Shown here: in pieces, positions 26,301 to 34,816 of the stretch
Layout of the letters: each line of letters opens with the position of its first letter
How positions within the stretch are numbered: the stretch's first letter is position 1
Assembly (NCBI GenBank): GCA_965195285.1
Contig: CBDAFS010000018.1
Location: 1-39,529 of the forward strand
Source of the DNA: an uncultured Aminicenantes bacterium
GTDB taxonomy: Bacteria; Acidobacteriota; Aminicenantia; UBA2199
Length of the DNA: 39,529 nt
Reading direction: 5' to 3'
The notes under the pieces: model-generated
Told to the model about the DNA's origin: nothing
Seen by the model: only the letters and a program-made list of their open reading frames with translations
Database searches by the model: none
Program-made: the position numbers and the translations under genes

Positions 26301-28286
26301 TTACAGCTCCTGGACCACCATCATGGGCTGGTCCTTGGTAACCGGATCACTGTTGTTGACCAGAATTTTCAAAATTTTACATTTGAAGGGAGCTGCTATT
26401 TCATTAAAAAGCTTCATGGCCTCAACCAGGCATACCGTGTCTCCCTGCTTGACTACCGAACCTTCCTGGACATAGGGCGGCGATCCGGATTTTGGCGATG
26501 AATAATAAGTGCCGGATATCATGGCATCAATGGTGGTGCCGGTTTGCGGTGCTTGATCGATTGTATCGGTTATTTCTTTGGTTATTTCCTCAGGAGTTTT
26601 TGACTGGCGAATTTCCTTTTCGGATGGTTTGGTTGGGGAAACCTGTTTGACCTCTGGCCCGGACAATGCCGAACCATTGGCCCGGATGGTTACGCTTAAA
26701 TCCCCTTTTTGAAAGGATAATTCATTTAGATTTATCAGGGAAGCCTTTTCAAGGATGGAGCTGATCCCTTCATAATCCTGGTCATTTAAAATCGGGGCTG
26801 GACTGTCGACCGGTTCTGCTTTTTTTTTGGATGGGTCTTTCGGGCGACTGTAATTACTGTTTTCAATGTTTTCAAACTCGATCTCGGCCTGGGTTTTGGG
26901 CCGATTTTCCGGTGGTAACCTTCTCCATTTGAAATATTCCAGTGATGGTTCCGGAAACAGGCAATAAGAGAGGATATCTTCTTCGTTTTCAATTAATTTG
27001 GGATCCAGGTTATCCGTGGCTGTGGGTAAAATAGGTTTCAAATCATCCGCAGGTCGGTGATCGATGGGTTTTTCCTTTCCCAGGATTTTTTTTAAAAAGG
27101 CCGGATCAATGGGTGCGGGAGGCCGGCCGTAGTAACCCCGGAGGTAATTTTTCACTTCATTGGGAACCATTTTATAGCGCTCACCGGCGATGACATTCAG
27201 GACTGCCTGGGTTCCGACGATCTGGCTGGTCGGAGTGACCAGGGGAGGGTAACCCAGGTCCTTTCGGACTCTGGAAATCTCTTCCAGAGTCTCGGGTAGT
27301 TTGTCCAGTGCTCCCTGTTGTTCAAGCTGGGACCTGAAGTTCGATATCATGCCACCCGGAATTTGATGGACCAGAATTTCGGAATCAATCGGAGGTCGAA
27401 ATTCGGTAAATTTTATCCGACTGGGAATCAGGCGGGTAAAATAGTTGTTTATTTTTCTCAAGGCTTCGATATCCAGCTTGATGGAATAATCGGTCTCTTT
27501 GAAAATGGCATACATGGTTTCGACTGCCGGCTGTGATGAAAATCCGGCCATTGAGGAAATGGCGCAGTCAATGGCTTCGGCACCTGCATCCGCACCGGAT
27601 ATATAGGTGGCAGGAGCCATACCGCTGGTGGCATGACAGTGGAGCTGAATCGGAATGTTGATCTCCTTGGTTAGGGCACTGACCAATTCCTGGGCGGATC
27701 TTGGAGAGAGGATACCGGCCATGTCTTTGATACAGAGTGAATCTATTCCCAATGCCATTTGCTCCTTGGCATACTGGATATATTTGTCCACCGTGTGCAC
27801 CGGACTGATTGTATAGGACAGGCTGCCCTGGGCATGGGCCCCGTATTTTTTAACAGCTTTAATGGCAGCCTGCAGGTTTCGGGTATCATTGAGGGCATCG
27901 AAAACCCGGAAAATATCAATCCCGTTTTCAACTGCCCAGGCCACGAAACGATCCACCAGGTCATCGGGAAAATTTTTGTATCCGACCAGATTCTGACCCC
28001 TTAACAGCATTTGCAGAGGTGTTTTCTTGGCCCTTGATTTAATCATCCGCAACCGCTCCCAGGGATTTTCCCTGAGGAAGCGAAGACAAACATCAAACGT
28101 GGCTCCACCCCATACTTCAAGAGAATAATACCCCACCGAATCGATAGTATCAATAATTTTCATAATATCTTCGCTTCTCATTCGAGTGGCCCATAGCGAT
28201 TGATGGGCATCCCGCAGGGTGGTGTCGGTGATTCTTATCGGGCGAAGCTTTTCTTTGTTTGGTTTTTTTCTTTTTGCTGTGGTCAT
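26301..28286 (-). CDS. Pyruvate carboxylase-B/OadA-type carboxyltransferase fused to an AccB-type biotin carboxyl carrier
   Basis: 661 aa. DTTLRDAHQSL, EVWGGATFD, MLLRGQNLVGY, IKDMAG, HCH, QIPGGM and YPPLVTPTSQIVG; C-terminal GTYYSSPKSGSPPYV..VEAMKLFNEI. Confidence 0.9.
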   Translation of the reverse strand: MTTAKRKKPNKEKLRPIRITDTTLRDAHQSLWATRMRSEDIMKIIDTIDSVGYYSLEVWGGATFDVCLRFLRENPWERLRMIKSRAKKTPLQMLLRGQNLVGYKNFPDDLVDRFVAWAVENGIDIFRVFDALNDTRNLQAAIKAVKKYGAHAQGSLSYTISPVHTVDKYIQYAKEQMALGIDSLCIKDMAGILSPRSAQELVSALTKEINIPIQLHCHATSGMAPATYISGADAGAEAIDCAISSMAGFSSQPAVETMYAIFKETDYSIKLDIEALRKINNYFTRLIPSRIKFTEFRPPIDSEILVHQIPGGMISNFRSQLEQQGALDKLPETLEEISRVRKDLGYPPLVTPTSQIVGTQAVLNVIAGERYKMVPNEVKNYLRGYYGRPPAPIDPAFLKKILGKEKPIDHRPADDLKPILPTATDNLDPKLIENEEDILSYCLFPEPSLEYFKWRRLPPENRPKTQAEIEFENIENSNYSRPKDPSKKKAEPVDSPAPILNDQDYEGISSILEKASLINLNELSFQKGDLSVTIRANGSALSGPEVKQVSPTKPSEKEIRQSKTPEEITKEITDTIDQAPQTGTTIDAMISGTYYSSPKSGSPPYVQEGSVVKQGDTVCLVEAMKLFNEIAAPFKCKILKILVNNSDPVTKDQPMMVVQEL

Positions 28287-28301
28287 ATTTACCTCTGTTT
28301 T

Positions 28302-29243
28302 TTAGGGTTTCCCCATCCTGGCATACATTTCGAAACGTCGTTTCAATAATTTTTTCAGGGGGAACTGGTTCAGTGTATCCAGATGTCTAATGAGGCTCTT
28401 TTTTATATTCCGGGCGGTTTTCTCATGGTTGCGGTGCGCCCCTCCGATGGGTTCTTCAATGATTTCATTAAGCACGCCCATTTTGAGGAGCGAGGGGGCG
28501 GTCAGCTTGAGGGCTTCGGCTGCTGCCGGGGCAAATTTGGCATTTCTCCAGAGTATTGAGGCGCAGCCCTCTGGTGAGATGACCGAATAGATTGAAAATG
28601 ACAACATCAGAATCACATCTCCTGCCCCGATACCGATGGCTCCCCCGCTTCCTCCCTCACCGGTGACCAGAGCAACTAAAGGGACCTCCAGTTGAGCCAT
28701 ATCAGTCAAATTGCGGGCAATGGCTTCTGCTTGGCCCCGTTTCTCGGCTTCCATTCCGGGATAGGCGCCCTGGGTATCGATAAACATGACAACCGGTATA
28801 TGGAATTTTTCCGCTATTTTCATTAACCGCAATGCCTTCCGGTATCCCTCGGGTTTGGCCATCCCGAAATTTCTTTCTATATTTTCTTTGGTATTCTTGC
28901 CTTTGTTGTGACCGATCAACATTACCCGGTGTTCGTCAAGGGTTGCCAGTCCCCCGATGAGGGCACGGTCGTCCGCATAAAGCCGGTCTCCGTGAAGTTC
29001 TATAAAACTATTGAAAATCAGGGAAATATAATCTTGGAGTACCGGGCGTTTGGGATGTCTGGCAATTTGAACCACTTGCCAGGGGGTTAAATTACTGTAA
29101 ATACTGCTGATTTGCTCCTGGCATCGCTTTTCCAGCACCTTTATCTCTGAAGCAAAATTAACATTGGATTTCAGGCTGAGGGTTTTCAGCTCGGCAATTT
29201 TATTTTCAAGATCTTTTATCGGTTTATCAAAATCAAGGTCCAT
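28302..29243 (-). CDS. accA: Acetyl-CoA carboxylase carboxyltransferase alpha
   Basis: 313 aa. LDFDKPI, WQVVQIARHPKRP, ELHGDR, NFGMAKPEGYRKALR, GEGGSGGA, YSVISPEGCASILW and EPIGGAHR. Confidence 0.96.
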   Translation of the reverse strand: MDLDFDKPIKDLENKIAELKTLSLKSNVNFASEIKVLEKRCQEQISSIYSNLTPWQVVQIARHPKRPVLQDYISLIFNSFIELHGDRLYADDRALIGGLATLDEHRVMLIGHNKGKNTKENIERNFGMAKPEGYRKALRLMKIAEKFHIPVVMFIDTQGAYPGMEAEKRGQAEAIARNLTDMAQLEVPLVALVTGEGGSGGAIGIGAGDVILMLSFSIYSVISPEGCASILWRNAKFAPAAAEALKLTAPSLLKMGVLNEIIEEPIGGAHRNHEKTARNIKKSLIRHLDTLNQFPLKKLLKRRFEMYARMGKP

Positions 29244-29280
29244 GGTCAGATCCTCACGTCGGCATCAATTGGATATATTT

Positions 29281-29694
29281 TCATTTTTCCTTTTTTTTAA
29301 AAACCCCCCTGATCTTGTTCCAGATATTCCCCAGAAAGGTTTTCCCTCGGATTTCATCCAGTGCAAATCTCTTTTTCATCTCGATTCCTTTATCTACCTC
29401 TGCGGCAGTAAGGGGTTTTCGGCACAGGTTCTCCTGGGACTCGATATTAAAAAGCAGGTTATCATCTTCCAGATCCACAATGATGGCCTGAATGTGTGAA
29501 AGGCCCAGTTTTTTACAGGCTTCAAGACGGCGCAGGCCTGAAATCAATACCTGATCTCTATTGATCAGTAAAGGAGATATGAGTCCGAAATCGCGGATTG
29601 AATTTGACAGGACATCGATGTCTCCCAAATCTTCTCTGATTCTGTTATTGATCACAATGCTGTTGATTTCGATATTTTTTAATTCCATTTTCAT
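29281..29694 (-). CDS. Stand-alone ParB/Srx N-terminal-domain protein
   Basis: 137 aa from ATG 29694 (AGGAG RBS). LSNSIRDFGLISPLLI, LISGLRRLEA (GxRR) and ENLCRKPL; no obvious HTH. Confidence 0.8.
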   Translation of the reverse strand: MKMELKNIEINSIVINNRIREDLGDIDVLSNSIRDFGLISPLLINRDQVLISGLRRLEACKKLGLSHIQAIIVDLEDDNLLFNIESQENLCRKPLTAAEVDKGIEMKKRFALDEIRGKTFLGNIWNKIRGVFKKKEK

Positions 29695-29728
29695 TTGCTC
29701 TCTCCTGTTAAAAAAATATCTGTTCGGA

Positions 29729-30568
29729 TCATTTTCTTTGATTAAAGTCGAGAATGTTGCCAATCAAATCCTTCATATCTTTTCGGTTCACGATGATATC
29801 AATGAAACCCTGCTCCAGCAGGTATTCGGCAGTTTGAAAATTATCCGGAAGCTTTTGCCGGATGGTTTGTTCTATAACCCTCCTGCCGGCAAAGGCGATC
29901 AGAGCCCCGGGTTCGGCAATATTTACGTCTCCCATCATGGCATAGCTGGCCGAAACTCCGCCCGAGGTGGGGTCGGTGAGCACGGACAAGTAAGGGAGGT
30001 TTCTCTTTTTTAATTGGGCGATTCCCGTACAGGTTTTGGCCATTTGCATGAGGGAGAGCATTCCCTCTTGCATCCTGGCTCCACCCGATGCAGATACGAT
30101 AATATAGGGCAGATTGTGTTCAACTGCGGCCATGGCGGTTTGAAAGATTTTTTCACCGGTTCCACTTCCCAGGCTGCCACCCAGAAATCTGAAATCCATG
30201 ATCGCTATGGCAACTTTGCGGTTATTGATTTTACCATACCCGGTGATTACCGCTTCATTCAGGCCGGTCTTGGAAATGGTTTCTTTGATTTTATTTCCGT
30301 AGCTTCCTTTTTCGTCTTTAAAATTGAGTGTGTCCCTGGGTGTGATGCCGGAATACAGTTCTTCAAAGCTGCCTGGATCGATTAGCAAATCAAGTCTCTC
30401 GGTGCAGGATATCCTTCCGTGATAATTGCATTTGGGGCATACCTTCAGGTTTTTTTCCCATTCCTGCTTGAAAATATGGCCCTGGCAGGCCGTGCAACGG
30501 GTCCAGATATCCAGCTTGAGTTTTCCGGGGGTTTTACTTTTTACATCGGTTTTCTTTAACCAGGCCAT
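29729..30568 (-). CDS. accD: Acetyl-CoA carboxylase carboxyltransferase beta
   Basis: WTRCTAC..VCPKCNYH zinc finger, FLGGSLGS, SGGARMQEG..SLMQMAKT, DPTSGGVSAS and FAGRRVIEQT. Start placed at ATG 30568. Confidence 0.96.
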   Translation of the reverse strand: MAWLKKTDVKSKTPGKLKLDIWTRCTACQGHIFKQEWEKNLKVCPKCNYHGRISCTERLDLLIDPGSFEELYSGITPRDTLNFKDEKGSYGNKIKETISKTGLNEAVITGYGKINNRKVAIAIMDFRFLGGSLGSGTGEKIFQTAMAAVEHNLPYIIVSASGGARMQEGMLSLMQMAKTCTGIAQLKKRNLPYLSVLTDPTSGGVSASYAMMGDVNIAEPGALIAFAGRRVIEQTIRQKLPDNFQTAEYLLEQGFIDIIVNRKDMKDLIGNILDFNQRK

Positions 30569-30636
30569 GGTTCTATCCTGAAACAAGGAAATAGCACGCT
30601 GGAAAATATCGATCAGACGGTATATGCATGTTGAGT

Positions 30637-30665
30637 ATTATATAATATTGTGCCGATTTATTCAA
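30637..30665 (-). promoter_or_regulatory. Putative sigma70 promoter for the accD operon
   Basis: Minus-strand TTGAAT-17-TATAAT. Confidence 0.55.
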
Positions 30666-30704
30666 ATTTCCGGACTGTCGATACTGGTTTTTTCAAACAG
30701 TTTG

Positions 30705-30718
30705 GTAACCAAGGTTAC
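30705..30718. promoter_or_regulatory. Crp/Fnr (HcpR-like) binding palindrome
   Basis: GTAACC-aa-GGTTAC centred about 41-42 nt upstream of the start site predicted from TATAAT at 30741-30746. Confidence 0.6.
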
Positions 30719-30767
30719 GGAAAAACGTAACCTATCTGGTTATAATATTGTTGGATAAGGAGAAATA

Positions 30768-31616
30768 ATGAAAAGAAAAATCATTAAAATCGATAGAGAA
30801 AAGTGTGACGGTTGCGGTCTCTGCATTCCGGATTGCCCGGAGGGAGCTCTTCAGATGATAGACGGCAAGGCCACCCTGGTTAGTGACCTGTTTTGTGATG
30901 GTCTGGGTGCCTGTATCGGCACCTGTCCGATCGGTGCGATTGCGGTGGAGGAGAGAGAAGCCGAACCCTATGATGAGACCAAGGTGATGGAGAATATTGT
31001 CAAGCTGGGTCCTCATGTGATCCTGGCCCATTTACGCCACCTGAAGGAACACAATGAAACGGATATATTAAAGCAGGCGCTGGATTTTCTCAAAGACAGA
31101 AAAATCAACCTGCCCCCGGATACAGAGTTCGGGGATCATTCCTGTACGGATAAATCCAACCTTCATGGCGGTGGCTGTCCGGGAGCAGCCATGAGGGACA
31201 TGCGTGGTACCCTTGAAGAAGAGAATATGCCCCTGAATGCCAGGCCCAAATCAACTTTGCAAAACTGGCCGGTACAACTGAAGTTACTGAATCCCCATGC
31301 CCCCTATCTCCGGGAAGCAGAATTCCTGGTGGTAGCCGATTGCGTACCTTTTGCCTTTGCTGACTTTCACCAGCGGTTTTTAAAGGGAAAGGTCATGATT
31401 ACCTTCTGTCCCAAACTGGACAGCGGGATTGAGGATTATATTGAAAAACTGACGGTGCTATTTAAAGATAATTCCATCAGGTCCGTCACTGTGGTTCATA
31501 TGGAAGTGCCCTGTTGTTCGGGAATGGTTCAAATCCTCCAGCAGGCTCTGCAACAATCACAGAAGACTATTTCCATCAGAGAATACACGGTTTCCATTTC
31601 CGGAGAAATTATTTAA
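30768..31616 (+). CDS. 4Fe-4S dicluster protein with Cys-rich C-terminal domain (type often linked to hcp)
   Basis: 282 aa. CDGCGLCIPDCPEGA, CDGLGACIGTCP, GGCPG, NWPVQL, ADCVPFA, CPKLD and MEVPCC; AAGGAG RBS. Confidence 0.85.
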   Translation: MKRKIIKIDREKCDGCGLCIPDCPEGALQMIDGKATLVSDLFCDGLGACIGTCPIGAIAVEEREAEPYDETKVMENIVKLGPHVILAHLRHLKEHNETDILKQALDFLKDRKINLPPDTEFGDHSCTDKSNLHGGGCPGAAMRDMRGTLEEENMPLNARPKSTLQNWPVQLKLLNPHAPYLREAEFLVVADCVPFAFADFHQRFLKGKVMITFCPKLDSGIEDYIEKLTVLFKDNSIRSVTVVHMEVPCCSGMVQILQQALQQSQKTISIREYTVSISGEII

Positions 31617-31639
31617 TTCAAGCCCGATTAACTGGTGTT

Positions 31640-32068
31640 CTAAGAGCCAATATAATCATTTAAATACTTTATGGTCGAGTCCAGATCCCTGATTTTGGCT
31701 TTGACCAGGTCCCCGATGGATACTACCCCGGTGATTTTTTCCTGGTCGATCACCGGTAGATGCCGGCAGTGTAGCTTGGTCATCACTGACAGGGCATCGT
31801 CAACCGAGTCCGAAAGATTGACAAAAACAGGATTTGGAGTCATGATTTCCTTTACCAGTGTGTTTTTGGATGACCGGTCTTTTAGAATAATTTTTTTCAT
31901 ATAATCTCTTTCGGTTATTACTCCCAGCAGCTTTTCATCGGACATGACCAGCATGGCCCCGACGTTTTGAGCAGACATCTTTTTCAGGCTTTCGTAGACA
32001 GTTAAATCGGGAGGAACCGAATGAATCTCATAACCCTTTTCTTTCAAGATATCCCTTATATTAATCAT
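31640..32068 (-). CDS. CBS-pair domain protein
   Basis: 142 aa. VGAMLV..LLGVITERDY and RHLPV..GVVSIGDLVK; GGAGG RBS; upstream TTGACA-16-TATCAT (32156-32129). Confidence 0.9.
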   Translation of the reverse strand: MINIRDILKEKGYEIHSVPPDLTVYESLKKMSAQNVGAMLVMSDEKLLGVITERDYMKKIILKDRSSKNTLVKEIMTPNPVFVNLSDSVDDALSVMTKLHCRHLPVIDQEKITGVVSIGDLVKAKIRDLDSTIKYLNDYIGS

Positions 32069-32311
32069 GGGTTGCCTCCTCGTTTGTCATCGGGTTTAAT
32101 TGCCAATTGATATCGATATGCCCCTGTTATGATACTTAAATATTTTTTTTTGTCAATGTCCTTATCTTGGCAGGCGTTTTCATGGAATGCTAAATGGTAT
32201 TATTTTTTAAAATAAAATGTTTTCTGAATGAAATTGTGCTATAAATGAAGGTTGAAAAAATGTGGAAACATGTTTGCCCGGTGATAAAAATGATTAAAAT
32301 GGGTGGTGGGA

Positions 32312-32701
32312 ATGACTAAAAAAGAATTTGCCCGAATAAGAAAAAAGTTAAAAAAAACCCAGAAGGGAATCGCAATCCTGTTGGGTATTTCCCAAAAAGC
32401 AGTGGAAAGTTATGAACAGGGTTTGAGAAATATTCCACGAAATATTGAAAGGATTATGTATTTTCTTCTTTTTAAATTAAATATGGATAAACTGGAGCAG
32501 GATGAATTATGCTGGAATGAAAAAGGGTGTTCCCCGGAGATTCGGAGAAACTGTGTGGCCTGGATAGCAGATGAAGGTTTTTTTTGCTGGTTTTTGACCG
32601 GAAGGACCTGTTTGGGTCAAAAAATGGCTTCAGCAACATATTCTCAAAATTGTTTTGATTGTAATTTTTTTCGGGAAAAACTGAAAAAAATATTGTCTTA
32701 G
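32312..32701 (+). CDS. XRE-family HTH regulator with C-terminal Cys-rich (two CW motif) domain
   Basis: IRKKLKKTQKGIAILLGISQKAVESYEQG HTH, followed by CW..C..C..CW..C..CxxC (7 Cys). Confidence 0.8.
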   Translation: MTKKEFARIRKKLKKTQKGIAILLGISQKAVESYEQGLRNIPRNIERIMYFLLFKLNMDKLEQDELCWNEKGCSPEIRRNCVAWIADEGFFCWFLTGRTCLGQKMASATYSQNCFDCNFFREKLKKILS

Positions 32702-32753
32702 ATATGGGTTATCCCGTCAAAAATATATTTCTTTCCGTAGCCGGTAGAATAGG

Positions 32754-33770
32754 CTAACCAAAGGAATTTTCTATCCGCCTCCAATCCGTAAACACAGGAT
32801 CATATCCTTTCTTTTTGATCATAGAGATGATTTCTCTAACCGATCGGTTATCCTGTACCTCAAATTGAGGATTTTTTTTGTTTTCCAGAGCATAACCACC
32901 AACCGTTGTTCTTGAAGCCGCAGAAATTTTGGTGACTCCCAGTATGATTGCCTGATCTCTTAAAAGAGGCTTTTCCCGGGTGGAGAGATTAATTCCTACT
33001 CTGGGGAACAGGATTCGGGCAGTACAGATAAGTTTTATCAATGTTAGATCAGATATCTCAAAATATTGAAATTTTGATTTTTTCAGAGGTATTAACCTGG
33101 GGAAAGATAGGGAATACTCCACACCGGGATATTGTTTTTCCATCCATTCAAGATGAAGAAATAATTGATATATATCCTCTGATAATTCAGAAAGCCCTAA
33201 CAACACTCCCATGCTAATCATCCTTATTCCAGACTGTGCTATTCGTTCAGGGGTTTTATATCTAAAATTATAATCGGTTTTTGGACCGGCGATATGAAGT
33301 TTTTTATATTGTTTTTTATTGTAGGTTTCCTGGTAGATAGTAACACCATCAACTCCATTTAGATACAATTCCCGGTATTCCTCTACATCCATAGGATAAA
33401 CCTCAAGGCTGATACAGGGAAAATATACTTTTGCAATATTTACAGCTTCTATAATATAATCAATAGCGGTTATCTTCCGGGATTCACCGGTTAATAATAG
33501 TATGTTCTGAATCCCTAAAGCAGATATGGTCTTCATCTCCTTATTCATTTCTCGGATTGATAGTTTTTTCCTTTTCAGTTTGGTTTTGGTTTGAAAACCA
33601 CAATAGATACACTGATTTTCACAATAATTGGAAAGATACAGAGGGGCATAAAGTGAGATGGTCCTGCCAAAATACTGAATAGTTGTTTTCCTGGCTTTTT
33701 TTGCCAAGCCTTCAACAAAATGGGGATTGTTATTTTTCAGAATGTATTTTAATTCTTTAATGGAAATCAA
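32754..33770 (-). CDS. thiH: 2-iminoacetate synthase (radical SAM tyrosine lyase)
   Basis: YAPLYLSNYCENQCIYCGF, LLTGE, YQETY, LSTRE, SAASRTTVGGY and QFEVQDNRS; TTG start overlaps the thiG stop. Confidence 0.9.
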   Translation of the reverse strand: MISIKELKYILKNNNPHFVEGLAKKARKTTIQYFGRTISLYAPLYLSNYCENQCIYCGFQTKTKLKRKKLSIREMNKEMKTISALGIQNILLLTGESRKITAIDYIIEAVNIAKVYFPCISLEVYPMDVEEYRELYLNGVDGVTIYQETYNKKQYKKLHIAGPKTDYNFRYKTPERIAQSGIRMISMGVLLGLSELSEDIYQLFLHLEWMEKQYPGVEYSLSFPRLIPLKKSKFQYFEISDLTLIKLICTARILFPRVGINLSTREKPLLRDQAIILGVTKISAASRTTVGGYALENKKNPQFEVQDNRSVREIISMIKKKGYDPVFTDWRRIENSFG

Positions 33771-34552
33771 TTTTTTTCTTCAAATAAAAATCCGGTTAAT
33801 GGGGAAGAAGATGATGCTGAATCCTTGGCCTCTTGAAATTTGATTAGGTATGCCATTCTTCCCGCTTTAACCGCCAGTGAGAATGCTCTGGTAATCAGGA
33901 CTGGATCTTCTGCAGTTGCCACAGCTGTATTGGCCAGAACAGCAGCAACCCCCATCTCCATCGCTTCTGCAGCCTGGGAGGGTTTTCCTATCCCGGCATC
34001 GATAATGATGGGCAAATCGATTTCTGCAATCATTATTTCGATAAATTTTTTAGTTTTTAATCCTTGACTGCTGCCGATAAGGGACCCCAGTGGCATTATA
34101 GCTGCAGCGCCGGCCTTTGCCAGTTCCCTGGCTACATACAGATCGGGATACATATAGGGGAGAACGGTGAAGTCTTCTGAAACCAGAATTTCTGTTGCCC
34201 TGATGGTTTCATGGTTGTCAGGGAGTAAATATTTGCTGTCATTGATGACCTCAACCTTTATCCATGTTATCCCCGAGGCTTCTTTGGCCAATCTGGCAAT
34301 TCTCACCGCCTCTTTGGCATCCCTGGCACCAGAGGTGTTTACCATGAGTATCACATCTTCAGGAATATATTCAAGAATGTTTTCGGAATGTTTTTCAATA
34401 TCAATCCTTCTCATGGCAATAGTAACCACCTGAATTTTGCTTTTGCCAATGCATCTTTTCATTTCATTGTTACTTTTAAACTTTCCTGTACCCAGGAAGA
34501 ATCTATTGGTGATAGTTTGTCCTCCAATAATCAGGTGATCCTTGCTGGCCAT
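33767..34552 (-). CDS. thiG: Thiazole synthase
   Basis: 261 aa. LGTGKF, NTSGA..EAVR.ARLA, WIKVEV (Schiff-base Lys), MPLGSLIGS, DAGIG.PS.A and ASSSSP. Confidence 0.96.
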   Translation of the reverse strand: MASKDHLIIGGQTITNRFFLGTGKFKSNNEMKRCIGKSKIQVVTIAMRRIDIEKHSENILEYIPEDVILMVNTSGARDAKEAVRIARLAKEASGITWIKVEVINDSKYLLPDNHETIRATEILVSEDFTVLPYMYPDLYVARELAKAGAAAIMPLGSLIGSSQGLKTKKFIEIMIAEIDLPIIIDAGIGKPSQAAEAMEMGVAAVLANTAVATAEDPVLITRAFSLAVKAGRMAYLIKFQEAKDSASSSSPLTGFLFEEKN

Positions 34553-34753
34553 TTATCCACCCCCCACCATTTGAATCAATTCAATCGAATCTCCGTTCTT
34601 TAATTTGTGGTGTTTATATTCATTTTTGCCTATAAGACTCCCATTCAATTTAACAATAATGTATTCTTCTTGCTTTAAAAAAAGATGTAGCAAATCCTGT
34701 AAGTTTAATGATTCTTCAAGTTCTCGCATTTCCCCGTTTATGGTCAATTGCAT
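34553..34753 (-). CDS. thiS: Sulfur carrier protein ThiS
   Basis: LTINGE..VKLNG..LKNGDSIELIQMVGGG with C-terminal Gly-Gly; abuts thiG. Confidence 0.93.
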   Translation of the reverse strand: MQLTINGEMRELEESLNLQDLLHLFLKQEEYIIVKLNGSLIGKNEYKHHKLKNGDSIELIQMVGGG

Positions 34754-34816
34754 CAATAACTCATTTTAGGTTGGCTTGAATCCTTAGATAATTATAGTAA
34801 TTACTGCAATTTATAA

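Noticed and set aside
26301-28286. Call as Na+-pumping oxaloacetate decarboxylase alpha (oadA)
   Set aside because: No oadB/oadG is adjacent, the biotinyl domain is AccB-like, and the context is accA/accD.
29281-29763. Chromosome/plasmid partition locus, and the longer 160-aa start
   Set aside because: No parA, HTH or parS palindrome was seen; the longer start overlaps accD, whereas ATG 29694 has an AGGAG RBS.
32754-33770. thiH as an N-terminally truncated pseudogene, or as hydG
   Set aside because: It is somewhat short, but it has a coupled TTGA overlap with thiG, all radical-SAM motifs are intact, and it lacks the HydG C-terminal cluster extension.
34754-34816. TPP riboswitch upstream of thiS or mnmA
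   Set aside because: The intergenic regions are short and AT-rich and lack the CTGAGA / CCCT..GAACCTG core.
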